Shown one piece after another: positions 28,101 through 37,821 of a DNA stretch of 49,298 nucleotides; position 1 is the stretch's first letter, and each line of letters starts with the position of its first letter. The stretch is from positions 1 through 49,298 of the forward strand of contig JAJRVU010000275.1 of NCBI GenBank assembly GCA_024277145.1, read 5' to 3'. Origin of the DNA: Planctomycetota bacterium. GTDB taxonomy: Bacteria; Planctomycetota; Planctomycetia; Planctomycetales; Planctomycetaceae. The notes beneath the pieces were generated by a model. The model did not search any database, was not told the DNA's origin, and was given only the letters and a program-made list of their open reading frames with translations. A program made the position numbers and the translations under genes.

Positions 28101-28412
28101 GCAAATAAAGAGTTCCGGGCCAAATTCATCCATCGGGCTGTCAATTTTGGTGTAGTTGTCGGGACGCTGTTGATTTCCGACTTCATCAGCAGGCCAGCCG
28201 AAGTTCCGTACAAGTAAATGTTTTTCGGGAAACCGCATATGCAGGAGCGTTTCGAAATGCCCTTGCAAGTTCATTCGCTCTGCAAGCGAATTACCCACAA
28301 AAGCAACTCGTTCGTTATTACGAAACTCAATGTTTCGTTCTGCACCATAAGAAGTACTGAAACAGGTAAGCGTAGCCAGCGTTATCAAGCAGGTAGAAAT
28401 TATGCGTAACAT
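25155..28412 (-). CDS. giant exported multidomain protein with SGNH hydrolase, beta-propeller (membrane-bound-dehydrogenase-like), HEAT repeat and c-type cytochrome domains
   Basis: It has a signal peptide, SGNH blocks (GNSL, GFNE, NGIHAN), HEAT-like EHPRVRLEALRGL and a C-terminal CSACH heme site. The track start at 28421 is a TTG; an ATG at 28412 gives MLRIISTCL... Confidence 0.8.
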   Translation of the reverse strand: MLRIISTCLITLATLTCFSTSYGAERNIEFRNNERVAFVGNSLAERMNLQGHFETLLHMRFPEKHLLVRNFGWPADEVGNQQRPDNYTKIDSPMDEFGPELFICFFGFNEHFAGVTPAAIKSFQDKYKLWIEKYGEKYSKKDREARFILVSPMAFEATDSELLPDGRANNAALKKYSSAIKELATKINVPYIDILTPTMEEYAKQPGLQYTINGIHANEAGDQLIANSLEKELFPKSSPMNQDSDLFKRLRKVVNDKSWFHLQDYRMLNGWYVYGGRRTWDTETFPGEYQKIRKMVAVRDQYIWDLAGGKAVPSQPDDSKTGEVFIPKTMFGTRNDNFRKMREPKTLKYPTPEESIAQMKVPEGFKVELFASEREFPELANPNQMTFDSKGRLWVSCMVNYPQWLPGSAKPGDKLLIFEDTNGDGKADVCKTFYDKLICPTGFEFYEDGVLVVDEPRILFLQDTNGDDKADKITQVVDGIATDDTHHAMGAWEWSHGGLLHMLEGVAMSTTLETPWGPFRMKGPSGGYVLDPKSWRFRHFRTPGYGNPWCMVFDKWGMGVVGDGTNAQQHWTSPLSGYAVSRRRTLQPNFNNEGMRPAVGNEFLYSRHFPDKFQGQFTYACVINMHGMPLFDLGDEKGTAGFSGKRVEDLLSSTDNFFRPVDPQIGPDGAMWFGDWCNALIGHMQYSQRDPNRDHEHGRVYRLVNTKKPLLKPVLQAGQSIEILLDQLTAYELRTRYRARRELRTRNKDEVLAAINKWIGDDASPEKLCEALWIQESFRDVDPALVFQIMKSADFHARSAAVHTVTNEIIRYKDALNVFKLAIKDEHPRVRLEALRGLSFVQTHEALEIALQVIEKPMDYWLEYTMEHTLHALKPVVESIEKKEIFLANSSAAAKDYYKTYVLASGPGGAAVKPLKIAQSSSRSGYQKQNAIRTLAKIRGGKAEKGVVVYERVCSACHQLGTKGKPFGPKLDGVGTRFNKEQIIKNVLWPNEEISKGFETVLIVTDEGKSLTGFILEQNDKEITLGVATDDGKGKKIVIAKDSIDERKDMKASSMPEGLVKTIAPAEFLDLIEFLTKQTQKTESK

Positions 28413-28849
28413 CGAAGTCAATTCTTTATTCGTGGGAGAAACAGGAGTTAAGTCATGTACAAATCAAAGAACGTTTATTTTACGGTGAGAGGGTATGGTT
28501 TGTAAATGAACATGGGTGAGATTTGGTATGGGTGGGTTTTGGTAAAATGATTTATAACGGGATTTTAATCGGAGATTTCCATTTGGGATTGCCTGAACCG
28601 GGCTTCGTGTCCTTCTGCATGTCATATTGGAATGAAACACGTTAAAGCCCTCATTTCAATGGATTGGCGAAAATTGTATGCCAAAACGTACGAAGTCAAT
28701 TGAAAATGAAGGGCTAAAAGAGGACGACATATTTGCCCGAGCGCTGGACTTTTTGACAAAAGATGATTAGTTTCGATAAACATAACCGTTACTTACCAAC
28801 TGGGTTTTTCATTCTATTCATTTTTTTCAAAGCCGGAGCCGACCGATTC

Positions 28850-30193
28850 ATGAATGCATTTCGTAAATTAAGTATTTCTGTTGTGATGTTGGTAATTATC
28901 ACCTCGGCTCTTCTCCTGAATATCCAGACAAACTCGTCCTCTGCTGAAGCAGAGACTCTTCAAGCAACGCCTGAATTGAAATGGTATCGTGGAAACATGC
29001 ACACGCATTCCCTCTGGAGTGATGGCGACGATTACCTTGAAATGATCGGGGCATGGTACAAAGAAAGAAACTACGACTTTCTTGTCTATACCGATCACAA
29101 TGTCCTCTCCAATACAGAACGCTGGATTGATGTTATTAAAAACAAAGGTGGGCAGAAAGCCTTTGACAAACTCAAAGCTCGCTTTGGGGAAAAATGGGTT
29201 GAAGAAAGAACCGTCAAAGGGAAACATGAAGTCCGCTTGAAAAGATATGACGAAGTGGTTGCTCTGCTTGCTGAAAAAGATAAATACCTGTTGATTCAGG
29301 GCGAAGAAATTTCGGATAGTTTTGGCAAAAAACCAATTCATATGAATACGACAAATATCCAGGAAGCGATTCCTCCGATGAAAGGAAAGTCTTTCGTAGA
29401 AACGATGCAGAACAATGTGAATGCTGTTCAGGCTCAAAGGGAACGAACGGGTAAACCGATCCTGATTCATTTGAATCATCCGAATTTTCATTACGCAATT
29501 ACTGCAGAACAGTTAATGAGAGTTCGTGGGGAAAACTTTTTTGAAGTTTATAATGGCCACCCTTCCGTGAAAAACCGTGGAGACGAAAGACATGCTTCGA
29601 CCGAACGAATTTGGGATATCATCCTAACCAAACGAATTTCCGAATTAAACATGCCCGTCATGTACGGACTGGCAACAGATGATGGGCATGAATATCACGA
29701 CATACCAAGCGGATCCAAAAAAAGTGAACCGGGGCGGGGTTGGGTAATGGTGCTTTCTAAAAAACTGGAAACAGAAAGCCTGATTCATTCACTGGAAGCG
29801 GGACGATTCTATGCTTCTTCAGGAGTGACACTTGAAAAGATCAGTCAATCGAACAAAGGAATTGAGATAAAAATCAATGCAGAAAAAGGAATCAAATACA
29901 CGATAGAATTTATCGGAACAAAAAAAGGATATGATGCAACCAGTTCGCCGATGCTCGATAAAAATGGAAAAGAGATGAGCGTGACCCGAAAATACAGTAA
30001 TGAACTCGGCATGGTTTTAAAGAAAACAGAAGAAACCGAAGCGAGTTACCAGTTTCAGGGAGATGAATTTTACGTTCGAGCAAAAATTACATCGACAAAA
30101 CTTCATGCGAACCCGAGTTTCGATGGAGAAGTTGAACAAGCCTGGATTCAACCTGCTCTTGGTCCTGGTGCCCCTGACCAGAAAATAAAATGA
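28850..30193 (+). CDS. PHP-domain metal-dependent phosphoesterase, membrane-anchored or exported
   Basis: It has the HTHSLWSDGDD PHP motif and later His/Asp clusters (LNHPNF, ATDDGHEYHD). The signal anchor MNAFRKLSISVVMLVIITSALL starts at the ATG at 28850; the track ORF starts earlier, at the ATG at 28763. The stop overlaps the next start (ATGA). Confidence 0.7.
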   Translation: MNAFRKLSISVVMLVIITSALLLNIQTNSSSAEAETLQATPELKWYRGNMHTHSLWSDGDDYLEMIGAWYKERNYDFLVYTDHNVLSNTERWIDVIKNKGGQKAFDKLKARFGEKWVEERTVKGKHEVRLKRYDEVVALLAEKDKYLLIQGEEISDSFGKKPIHMNTTNIQEAIPPMKGKSFVETMQNNVNAVQAQRERTGKPILIHLNHPNFHYAITAEQLMRVRGENFFEVYNGHPSVKNRGDERHASTERIWDIILTKRISELNMPVMYGLATDDGHEYHDIPSGSKKSEPGRGWVMVLSKKLETESLIHSLEAGRFYASSGVTLEKISQSNKGIEIKINAEKGIKYTIEFIGTKKGYDATSSPMLDKNGKEMSVTRKYSNELGMVLKKTEETEASYQFQGDEFYVRAKITSTKLHANPSFDGEVEQAWIQPALGPGAPDQKIK

Positions 30194-33100
30194 ACCCATC
30201 TGATCCTGAACAGAATGAGACTTCACCGAAGAACACCCTGCCCCCATTATGGGAATTCTGGATTGATGTCGGTGGAACGTTTACTGACTGCATCGCCCGT
30301 TCACCTGATGGAAAGCTCAATTCATTAAAAACTCTCAGTTCAGGAATTACTAAAGGAGTTCTTGAAGAAATCAATTCCGGAAAATCTTTTCGGGATTCTT
30401 CATACCAGGAAACCAAGCCTGATTTCTGGAAAGATTACTCCATCAATTTTCTGAATGAAGATGGCGAATCCATTTTTTCAACTTTGATAACTTCCTCAAA
30501 AGCGAATATCCTTACCCTTTCTGATAATCTTCCGGAACATATCAAGCCGGGAACTCGGTATGAAATTCATTCCAGTGAAGAAGCACCAGTCTTTTCGATT
30601 CGAAAAATATTAAACTTGTGCCTGAATGAAAACATCCCAGCCGTTTCTGTAAAACTGGTAACAACAAAAGGAACTAATGCGTTATTAACCCGTACCGGAT
30701 GCAGAACAGCTTTTGTGACGACAAAAGGGTTTAAAGATGTTTTGCTTATAGGCAATCAGGTTCGCCCTTCCCTTTTTGACCTCGAAATCAAAAAACCTGC
30801 TCCTTTATTTGAACAGGCAATCGAGATTGAAGAACGAATCAGTTCTGATGGAACAATTCTGGTTCCTGTTTCAGTTGAGAAAGCGCGAGAGAAATTCAGG
30901 AAGCTTAAAGAATTCGGAATAGAATCCGTTGCGATCTGTTTTCTTCACTCTTTTGAAAACCCTGTCCACGAACAGCAAGTCAAACAGATTGCCATAGACG
31001 TTGGCTTTACGAATGTTTCAGTATCGAGTGAATTATCCCCATTAATTAAAATGGTTTCGCGGGGAGACACCACGGTTGTGGATGCCTATCTGAACCCGAT
31101 TTTGTCTGATTACATGAACCAGATTCATGCAAGCATTAATCAAAACGCCCACAATTCCGAAGAGACAGATTCTTCTTTAAAACTGATGACGTCAGCTGGC
31201 GGGTTGGTGGATCACAAATATTTCAAAGGCAAGGATAGTATTCTTTCAGGTCCTGCTGGAGGCGTAATCGGATATTCTCGAATTTCAGAGCAAGCTGGTT
31301 TCAAAAAAGCAATCGGGTTTGACATGGGAGGAACTAGCACGGATGTTTCCCGATACAATGGTGAATACGAATATGAATTTGAAACGGAAAAAGCGGGAGT
31401 CCGTATTGTCTCACCCATGCTTTCCATTGAAACGGTTGCAGCAGGTGGGGGATCAATTTGCGGATTTGATGGCGTTAAACTTTTTGTAGGCCCACAAAGC
31501 GCGGGAGCTGATCCGGGCCCTGCCTGTTACGGCCGGGGTGGTCCGCTTACTGTAACCGATCTGAACTTTTATCTTGGAAAAATCATCTCTGATCAATTTC
31601 CATTTCAACTCGACCAAAGCAGTGTTGAAAAACATCTACAAAACATTTGTGACGAAATTGAGCAATCCCCATTAGGAAAATCGTACAGCCCGATTAAACT
31701 GGCGGAGGGGTTCCTTGAAATTGCCAACGTGAATATTGTTCGTGCAATACGTAAAATATCTGTCAGTAAAGGTTATGATCCATCGGAATATGTACTGGTC
31801 ACTTTTGGTGGGGCCGGTGCTCAGCATTCCTGTTCAATCGCTCGTTCATTGGGAATGAAAAAAATCCTCATTCATCCTTTTGCAGGAGTATTAAGTGCAT
31901 ATGGAATGGGTTTAGCGGATGTTCGACGTTTTGCAGAGAAGAATATTCTTAAAGTTCTCGATAAACATAATCTGGAAAAACTGAAATTTGTTTTCGATAA
32001 CTTATTTGAAAAAGCGTTATCAGAAGTCCGATCAGAGAAGATGAAATTTCAGAAAATCTGCAAACCAGTAAAATCCCTTGAACTGCGTTACCAGGGAACC
32101 GAGTCGGTCATACAAATTCATGAACCAGCCGATGGAAATTATGTTTCGGTTTTTGAGAATCAGCATTTACAGGAATATGGATACATCCATTCGGAAAAAC
32201 CGATTGAAATTGTGACAGCGAGAGTGGAAGTTGTAGGAAAGGTTCCTCACGTTGTTCCTGAAACAAAAAAAATAATTAAACGACAACCTGTATCGGGCAA
32301 TTTTCAAAACGTCTGGTTTAATCACCAGGAACATCGAACACCTGTATTTTTTCGTGAAGAACTTCATCCGGGAGATGAAATCACTGGCCCTGCAATTATT
32401 TGTGAAAAGACTTCCACAATAGTTATTGACCCTGATTTTCAATGTTTAGTAACCGAGAGAAATGAAATCGTTCTGACTCAGATCGAATTGACGAACGCTG
32501 AAAAGACGAACGCTGAAAAAAAAACAAAGCAGGAATTATCCGAGAAAGTCGATCCGGTTCAGTTGGAAATATTCAATAATCTTTTTGCTTCCATCGCAGA
32601 GCAGATGGGAACAACACTTCAAAAAACATCGTTTTCAACGAACATCAAGGAAAGGCTTGATTTCAGTTGTGCCCTTTTTTCTCCGGTGGGTGATCTGGTG
32701 GTGAATGCTCCTCACATTCCCGTCCATTTAGGAGCCATGAGCGAAACAGTAAAATCCATTCTCAAAGAGAATTCTTCCATCGAAGAAGGAGATGTTTTTG
32801 TAACGAATGATCCATATCGGGGAGGATCCCATCTTCCAGATATCACCGTGGTGACGCCGGTGCATGATACGGAAACAGGAAAACTGATCTTCCTGACTGC
32901 CAGTCGGGCTCATCATTCTGAAATTGGGGGAATTGTGCCGGGAAGCATGCCTCCGTTTTCCAGAAATCTTTTAGAAGAAGGAATCCTGATCCGGAATTTT
33001 AAAATGGTTTCAAAGGAAACTACCTATGAAAAGAAACTTTCAGAGCTTCTTCTTTCGGGTCCTTATCCTTCACGGGCGGTACATGAAAACCTTTCCGATA

Positions 33101-34104
33101 TTTCAGCCCAGATTGCAGCCAATGCTATTGGTGTTCAACAAATCAAGTTGATGATCAGAAAATATTCACTCCCAGTTGTCCAGGCTTATATGAATTATAT
33201 TCAACGGGCAGCGACTGAAAAAATGAAACAGGCCCTATTAAAAATTCCGGATGGACAATATTCATTCACGGATCATCTTGATGATGGTTCTCCTGTCTCT
33301 GTTTGTGTTCGTATTCAAGGAAATCAGGCAGAAGTTGATTTTTCAGGGACTGGTCCTGTTTTATCGAGCAACCTGAATGCGAATCATGCCATCGTAAAAG
33401 CTGCTGTACTTTATGTTTTTCGCTGTCTGATTAAAGAAGAAATTCCGCTCAACAGTGGCGTGCTTGAACCTGTCAAAATTATTCTCCCGGAATGTTTGCT
33501 TAACCCTCCGGAAAAAGAGAGTGCAGAAAAGTGTGCTGCGATGGTGGGTGGGAATGTTGAAACCTCTCAGCGAGTTGTTGATGTGCTACTAGGTGCATTG
33601 GGAATGGCTGCTGCCAGCCAGGGTACAATGAACAATCTTAGTTTTGGCGATGACACCTTTGGCTATTACGAAACAATTTGTGGTGGTTCCGGTGCGACGA
33701 GAAACTCCGATGGAGCTGATGCAGTTCACACCCATATGACAAACACCCGATTGACCGATATCGAAATTCTGGAAAGACGTTACCCTGTTCGAGTTCAGGA
33801 ATTCTCCATTCGTCAAAATTCCGGAGGAAACGGAGAACATCATGGCGGTGATGGAATTATCAGGGAACTGGAATTTCTCAAATCAATTCAAGTTGCAATG
33901 CTTTCTGAACGGCGAGAAAAATATGCTCCATTTGGACTGGAAGGTGGAAACCCCAGCGAGTTAGGCGAAAACAGCCTGATCAAATCAGGCGAATCTGATT
34001 CAGAAGATTTAGGTGGAAAATTTTCAATTCAGGTTGAAGCAGGAGATATCCTGAGAATTCAAACGCCTGGCGGTGGGGGATTCGGAAGCCCTGAAAAATC
34101 TTAG
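30190..34104 (+). CDS. fused hydantoinase A / hydantoinase B protein (5-oxoprolinase-like, ATP-dependent)
   Basis: 1304 aa. The N-terminal HyuA domain includes [16 protein letters not shown] and the C-terminal HyuB domain includes [20 protein letters not shown]. The size matches eukaryotic-type fused oxoprolinases. Confidence 0.85.
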   Translation: MNPSDPEQNETSPKNTLPPLWEFWIDVGGTFTDCIARSPDGKLNSLKTLSSGITKGVLEEINSGKSFRDSSYQETKPDFWKDYSINFLNEDGESIFSTLITSSKANILTLSDNLPEHIKPGTRYEIHSSEEAPVFSIRKILNLCLNENIPAVSVKLVTTKGTNALLTRTGCRTAFVTTKGFKDVLLIGNQVRPSLFDLEIKKPAPLFEQAIEIEERISSDGTILVPVSVEKAREKFRKLKEFGIESVAICFLHSFENPVHEQQVKQIAIDVGFTNVSVSSELSPLIKMVSRGDTTVVDAYLNPILSDYMNQIHASINQNAHNSEETDSSLKLMTSAGGLVDHKYFKGKDSILSGPAGGVIGYSRISEQAGFKKAIGFDMGGTSTDVSRYNGEYEYEFETEKAGVRIVSPMLSIETVAAGGGSICGFDGVKLFVGPQSAGADPGPACYGRGGPLTVTDLNFYLGKIISDQFPFQLDQSSVEKHLQNICDEIEQSPLGKSYSPIKLAEGFLEIANVNIVRAIRKISVSKGYDPSEYVLVTFGGAGAQHSCSIARSLGMKKILIHPFAGVLSAYGMGLADVRRFAEKNILKVLDKHNLEKLKFVFDNLFEKALSEVRSEKMKFQKICKPVKSLELRYQGTESVIQIHEPADGNYVSVFENQHLQEYGYIHSEKPIEIVTARVEVVGKVPHVVPETKKIIKRQPVSGNFQNVWFNHQEHRTPVFFREELHPGDEITGPAIICEKTSTIVIDPDFQCLVTERNEIVLTQIELTNAEKTNAEKKTKQELSEKVDPVQLEIFNNLFASIAEQMGTTLQKTSFSTNIKERLDFSCALFSPVGDLVVNAPHIPVHLGAMSETVKSILKENSSIEEGDVFVTNDPYRGGSHLPDITVVTPVHDTETGKLIFLTASRAHHSEIGGIVPGSMPPFSRNLLEEGILIRNFKMVSKETTYEKKLSELLLSGPYPSRAVHENLSDISAQIAANAIGVQQIKLMIRKYSLPVVQAYMNYIQRAATEKMKQALLKIPDGQYSFTDHLDDGSPVSVCVRIQGNQAEVDFSGTGPVLSSNLNANHAIVKAAVLYVFRCLIKEEIPLNSGVLEPVKIILPECLLNPPEKESAEKCAAMVGGNVETSQRVVDVLLGALGMAAASQGTMNNLSFGDDTFGYYETICGGSGATRNSDGADAVHTHMTNTRLTDIEILERRYPVRVQEFSIRQNSGGNGEHHGGDGIIRELEFLKSIQVAMLSERREKYAPFGLEGGNPSELGENSLIKSGESDSEDLGGKFSIQVEAGDILRIQTPGGGGFGSPEKS

Positions 34105-34388
34105 GCCCTATAAGATCCTGCAATATTTATCACATGAATCTCAGTCTCCTTCCTTTTTTTCAATAAAATTTCTACTGGTCGAATCTCAAATGGTCGCAGA
34201 ATGCCCCCGCGCAGGTTAAGATGGTTCTTTATTAAGTCACGGTTAGAGCAGTTTTTTTAATGTAATCAGTCTGGCTCGTGGATGTACGATTTTTATAGAT
34301 TTAAACGCGTCCTTCACGGCCACAGAAAAGCGAAATACGCTTTAAGACATTTTTTAAGTCATATTGAGATAAAGAGAAGGTTAATTTT

Positions 34389-34913
34389 ATGCGAGCGAAA
34401 GTAGATGAAGCAATTGCAGATGTCGATTTTGACAGCAATGATTATCAGGTTGTGCTTAACACAAGCATGGGAACAATCAAGGTTGATTTGCAACCGGATA
34501 TTGCACCAGGGCATTGCAACAACATTATTGGATTAGCACGAATCGGGTTCTATGATGGAATTATTATTCATCGAGTGATCCCTGACTTCATGCTTCAGTT
34601 AGGCTGTCCTCAGGGAACCGGAACAGGTGGTCCGGGCTACACAATTGATGCGGAATTCAGTGATCATCCACACAATCCGGGAACACTTTCCATGGCTAGA
34701 ACAAGTGATCCTAATTCTGCAGGTTCACAGTTCTTTATCTGCACTGCTCGGGTTCCTCATCTTGATAACCAATATACAGTGTTCGGCCAAACCGCTGATG
34801 AAGATAGCCTGAATGTCGCTTTGGAAATTGGTAATGTTGAAACCAAGGCGGGAGATCGCCCGGTAGATGACGTGACTATTGAATCAGCTGAAGTGATCGT
34901 CACCGCAAAGTAA
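34389..34913 (+). CDS. ppiB: cyclophilin-type peptidyl-prolyl cis-trans isomerase
   Basis: 174 aa with cyclophilin motifs (HRVIPDFMLQ, GSQFFI). Confidence 0.88.
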   Translation: MRAKVDEAIADVDFDSNDYQVVLNTSMGTIKVDLQPDIAPGHCNNIIGLARIGFYDGIIIHRVIPDFMLQLGCPQGTGTGGPGYTIDAEFSDHPHNPGTLSMARTSDPNSAGSQFFICTARVPHLDNQYTVFGQTADEDSLNVALEIGNVETKAGDRPVDDVTIESAEVIVTAK

Positions 34914-34946
34914 AACTGCTGATCGGTTCAATGTAATATAAAAAAT

Positions 34947-34982
34947 TAAGGAGAGGGGCAACTTGCCTGCTCTCCTTTTTTT
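34947..34982. terminator. bidirectional intrinsic terminator between convergent ppiB and 35020-35376
   Basis: GGAGAG...CTCTCC hairpin followed by T8 on the plus strand, and flanked by an A-run (a T-run on the minus strand). Confidence 0.65.
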
Positions 34983-35019
34983 ATGTCCATCGTAATTGAT
35001 TGATCAGAATATTTGTTTA

Positions 35020-35376
35020 TCAGGATTCCTGATCGAAGTTATCCTGTTCCCTGAAAAAATCATCGAGCCAGAATGGCCCCTCGAATTTCATATTCTCAAC
35101 TTCTTTATTAATGGAGCGAGAATCTTCGGTTGATTCAGGGGGATGAAGGGATCGAATTCGGAAGTCATCCCAGATCAATGTATAAATGAAACAAGGTTCT
35201 CGGTTAATCGAATAGGCTCCTGGCTGGCTTTCCCAGAAACTCATGCATTTTCCCTGCGGAGGATTCGTGTAGATTTTCTCTTTACAGCAATCGCAGACTA
35301 ATCCCACCGGAGACATCTGGTCTTCGATTCGTTGATGAGCTAAACAGAATGTGAATTGCTGAGAATGATTTTCCAT
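35020..35376 (-). CDS. hypothetical Cys-rich protein
   Basis: 118 aa with a clean ATG, convergent with ppiB and sharing its terminator. No recognisable domain. Confidence 0.4.
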   Translation of the reverse strand: MENHSQQFTFCLAHQRIEDQMSPVGLVCDCCKEKIYTNPPQGKCMSFWESQPGAYSINREPCFIYTLIWDDFRIRSLHPPESTEDSRSINKEVENMKFEGPFWLDDFFREQDNFDQES

Positions 35377-35794
35377 ACCTTAATTATACGAAAGAAGACC
35401 AATTCAGTACCAATATTCTTAAATCAATTTTCACAATCTCCAATGAATTCTTTAATACGCCCACCTGTAGTCGGTATAATCGTTGTCATCGATTTAACCA
35501 CTCCCCTTTTAACGAACTATCCATCTTGAGAACCACGATCAAAAACTCGCTAAAAGTGTGTTCCTTTGACCACTCAAACATCTCTTTAATACGTGAATTA
35601 ATCCAAACCCACTCTTACCAAGTGTTAATAATGAGGCAACCATTTTGAATCTTTCAAGAAGAGACTCTTAAGTTGATCGAGATTTCAACAGCAGTTTGAT
35701 ATAAATACAGTTCTGAAAACAAACGTATAATCTTGATAAAACTCCGTTTTTTTAAAAGCCTTTTGAGATACTTAAGAAGAAATTGTAAAACGAA

Positions 35795-36715
35795 ATGATC
35801 AGCGATTTAATAGAGAAAATGCGAGGAATTATTCCTCCCGTGACCACACCACTTTCTGAAGATGGCAAATTTGATCCGGCTTCTGCTGAAAAACTTTATG
35901 GCGAAATGATGGCAGCCGGTTCACATGGTTTGTTCCTTTTCGGTTCTTCGGGAGAGGGACCAGTTCTTTCTGAGGAAGTGAAAACCGAAGTTGTTAAAAT
36001 TGCCCAATCAGTCACACAGGGGAAAGTTCCTGTTTTTGCGGGAATCATGGCACCCGGTACTGAGCAAGTCATCAAAGAAGCAAAATGGGCAGAAAAACTG
36101 AATGTGGATGCAGTTGTTGTCTGCCCCCCTTATTATTATCCGGTCACACAATCGGAAGTGCTCAATCATTTCCGTCTGGTCAAGCAGGCAACGGACTTGC
36201 CAATAATGGCTTACGATATTCCTGTGACAACAAAAATTAAAATTAATTATGAAACGATGCTGACGATTGCTAATGAAGGTTTGGCGATTGGAGCTAAGGA
36301 CTCGAGTGGTGACAGCGTTGGTTTCAGTCGACTGATCAATAACAGACCAGATAATTTCAAACTTTTCACAGGCACAGAAGCCCTTGTTGATGCCATCATG
36401 CTTAAAGGGGCAGACGGAACAGTTCCGGGATTGGCTAATGTTGCCCCTGAATTGTTTGTCCAGCTTTACGACAAATGGAAAGCTGGCGAAATGATTGAAG
36501 CCTTATTGATCCAGAAAAACATTCTTGAACTGTATGAAGTCATTTTTTTACCAGATGGTTCTTTCAACTTTGGCTATGCATTAGGATCAATGAAAACAGC
36601 TCAAATGCTCAGGGGCTGGATTACATCCAATAAATTAACTCAACCATTTGATTCGGTTTCTCCGGATCGGGTTGAACGAATCAGAAAAATCATGATTGAA
36701 ATTGGAATTCTATAA
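35795..36715 (+). CDS. DHDPS/N-acetylneuraminate-lyase family class I aldolase
   Basis: 306 aa with the typical DapA-family fold signature, including a Schiff-base lysine context (IGAKDSSGD) and the GSSGEG motif. Confidence 0.75.
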   Translation: MISDLIEKMRGIIPPVTTPLSEDGKFDPASAEKLYGEMMAAGSHGLFLFGSSGEGPVLSEEVKTEVVKIAQSVTQGKVPVFAGIMAPGTEQVIKEAKWAEKLNVDAVVVCPPYYYPVTQSEVLNHFRLVKQATDLPIMAYDIPVTTKIKINYETMLTIANEGLAIGAKDSSGDSVGFSRLINNRPDNFKLFTGTEALVDAIMLKGADGTVPGLANVAPELFVQLYDKWKAGEMIEALLIQKNILELYEVIFLPDGSFNFGYALGSMKTAQMLRGWITSNKLTQPFDSVSPDRVERIRKIMIEIGIL

Positions 36716-36778
36716 TTCTGCGATCCTGCTTCAAAACCAGTGTGTCATAATTCATGACTTTTTAAATGGATAATTTTC

Positions 36779-37738
36779 ATGTCGTTCCGTCTTAATCAAC
36801 TTGCATCTCATTTGATTGATCAATCCATCAAGAATGCTGATCATCTCAAAATAGAGGTTCACACATTAGAAAGTGGCGGGCGCGTTCTGGATTTCGGGGT
36901 TCAAGCAACAGGTGGAATTGAAGCAGGAATCAGGCTTTCTGAAATTTGCATGTCTGGCCTCGGAAAGATTTCCCTCACGCATGGAACAATTCAGGAATCT
37001 CATTTTCCGTTTGTTTCAGTTCAAACAGATCATCCGGTTGAAGCATGCCTGTTAAGTCAATATGCAGGGTGGGAAATTGCCTGTGAAGGTTTCTTTGCAA
37101 TGGGTTCCGGTCCAATGCGAACCATTGCCCAGACGGAGCCTTTATTTGAATCCTTTTCTTACTCAGAATCGCCTGAAAGAATTGTTGGAGTTCTCGAAGG
37201 AGACCGAATTCCGGATCAATCCGTTTTTGATTACATTTCAGAAAAAACAGAAACACCATCATCTCATATTGATCTTGTCATTGCACCGACTGCGAGTATT
37301 GCAGGGAATCTGCAAATTATTTCTCGATCAGTGGAAACAGCAATTCATAAACTTCACGAACTAAATTATGACATCAATCTGATTCAAAGTGCCACGGGAA
37401 TTGCTCCCCTTGCACCAGTTGCAGATAACAGCTTGAATGGAATTGGCCGAACCAATGATGCAATCCTTTATGGTGGGACTGTCCATTTAATAGTTTCAGG
37501 AGATGATGAAGCAATCCGGTCGAAGGGTCCACAGGTTCCGGCTAATTCTTCCCCAGTTTATGGCAAACCGTTTCTTGAAATATTTGAAGAAGCTAATAAA
37601 GATTTTTATAAAATTGATCCGCATCTATTCAGCCCAGCTGTTGTCAGCTTCCAGAACATTTCCACTGGAAGAGTTCACACTTACGGCGAGATTTCAGAAT
37701 CAGTCCTGATGACATCATTCGGCCTGTCTCGAAATTAA
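36779..37738 (+). CDS. mch: methenyltetrahydromethanopterin cyclohydrolase
   Basis: 319 aa with strong collinear similarity to archaeal and methylotroph Mch (GIEAGIRLSEICMSGLG, GIAPLAPV, VYGKPFLEIFEEANKDFYKID). Confidence 0.9.
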   Translation: MSFRLNQLASHLIDQSIKNADHLKIEVHTLESGGRVLDFGVQATGGIEAGIRLSEICMSGLGKISLTHGTIQESHFPFVSVQTDHPVEACLLSQYAGWEIACEGFFAMGSGPMRTIAQTEPLFESFSYSESPERIVGVLEGDRIPDQSVFDYISEKTETPSSHIDLVIAPTASIAGNLQIISRSVETAIHKLHELNYDINLIQSATGIAPLAPVADNSLNGIGRTNDAILYGGTVHLIVSGDDEAIRSKGPQVPANSSPVYGKPFLEIFEEANKDFYKIDPHLFSPAVVSFQNISTGRVHTYGEISESVLMTSFGLSRN

Positions 37739-37821
37739 AAAGTTGCACGCAGAGATCGCTGGGATGCAGAGTAGAGAATATTTTTTCAATTTAAACTCCA
37801 TCACAATATCGGCTACAAAAA

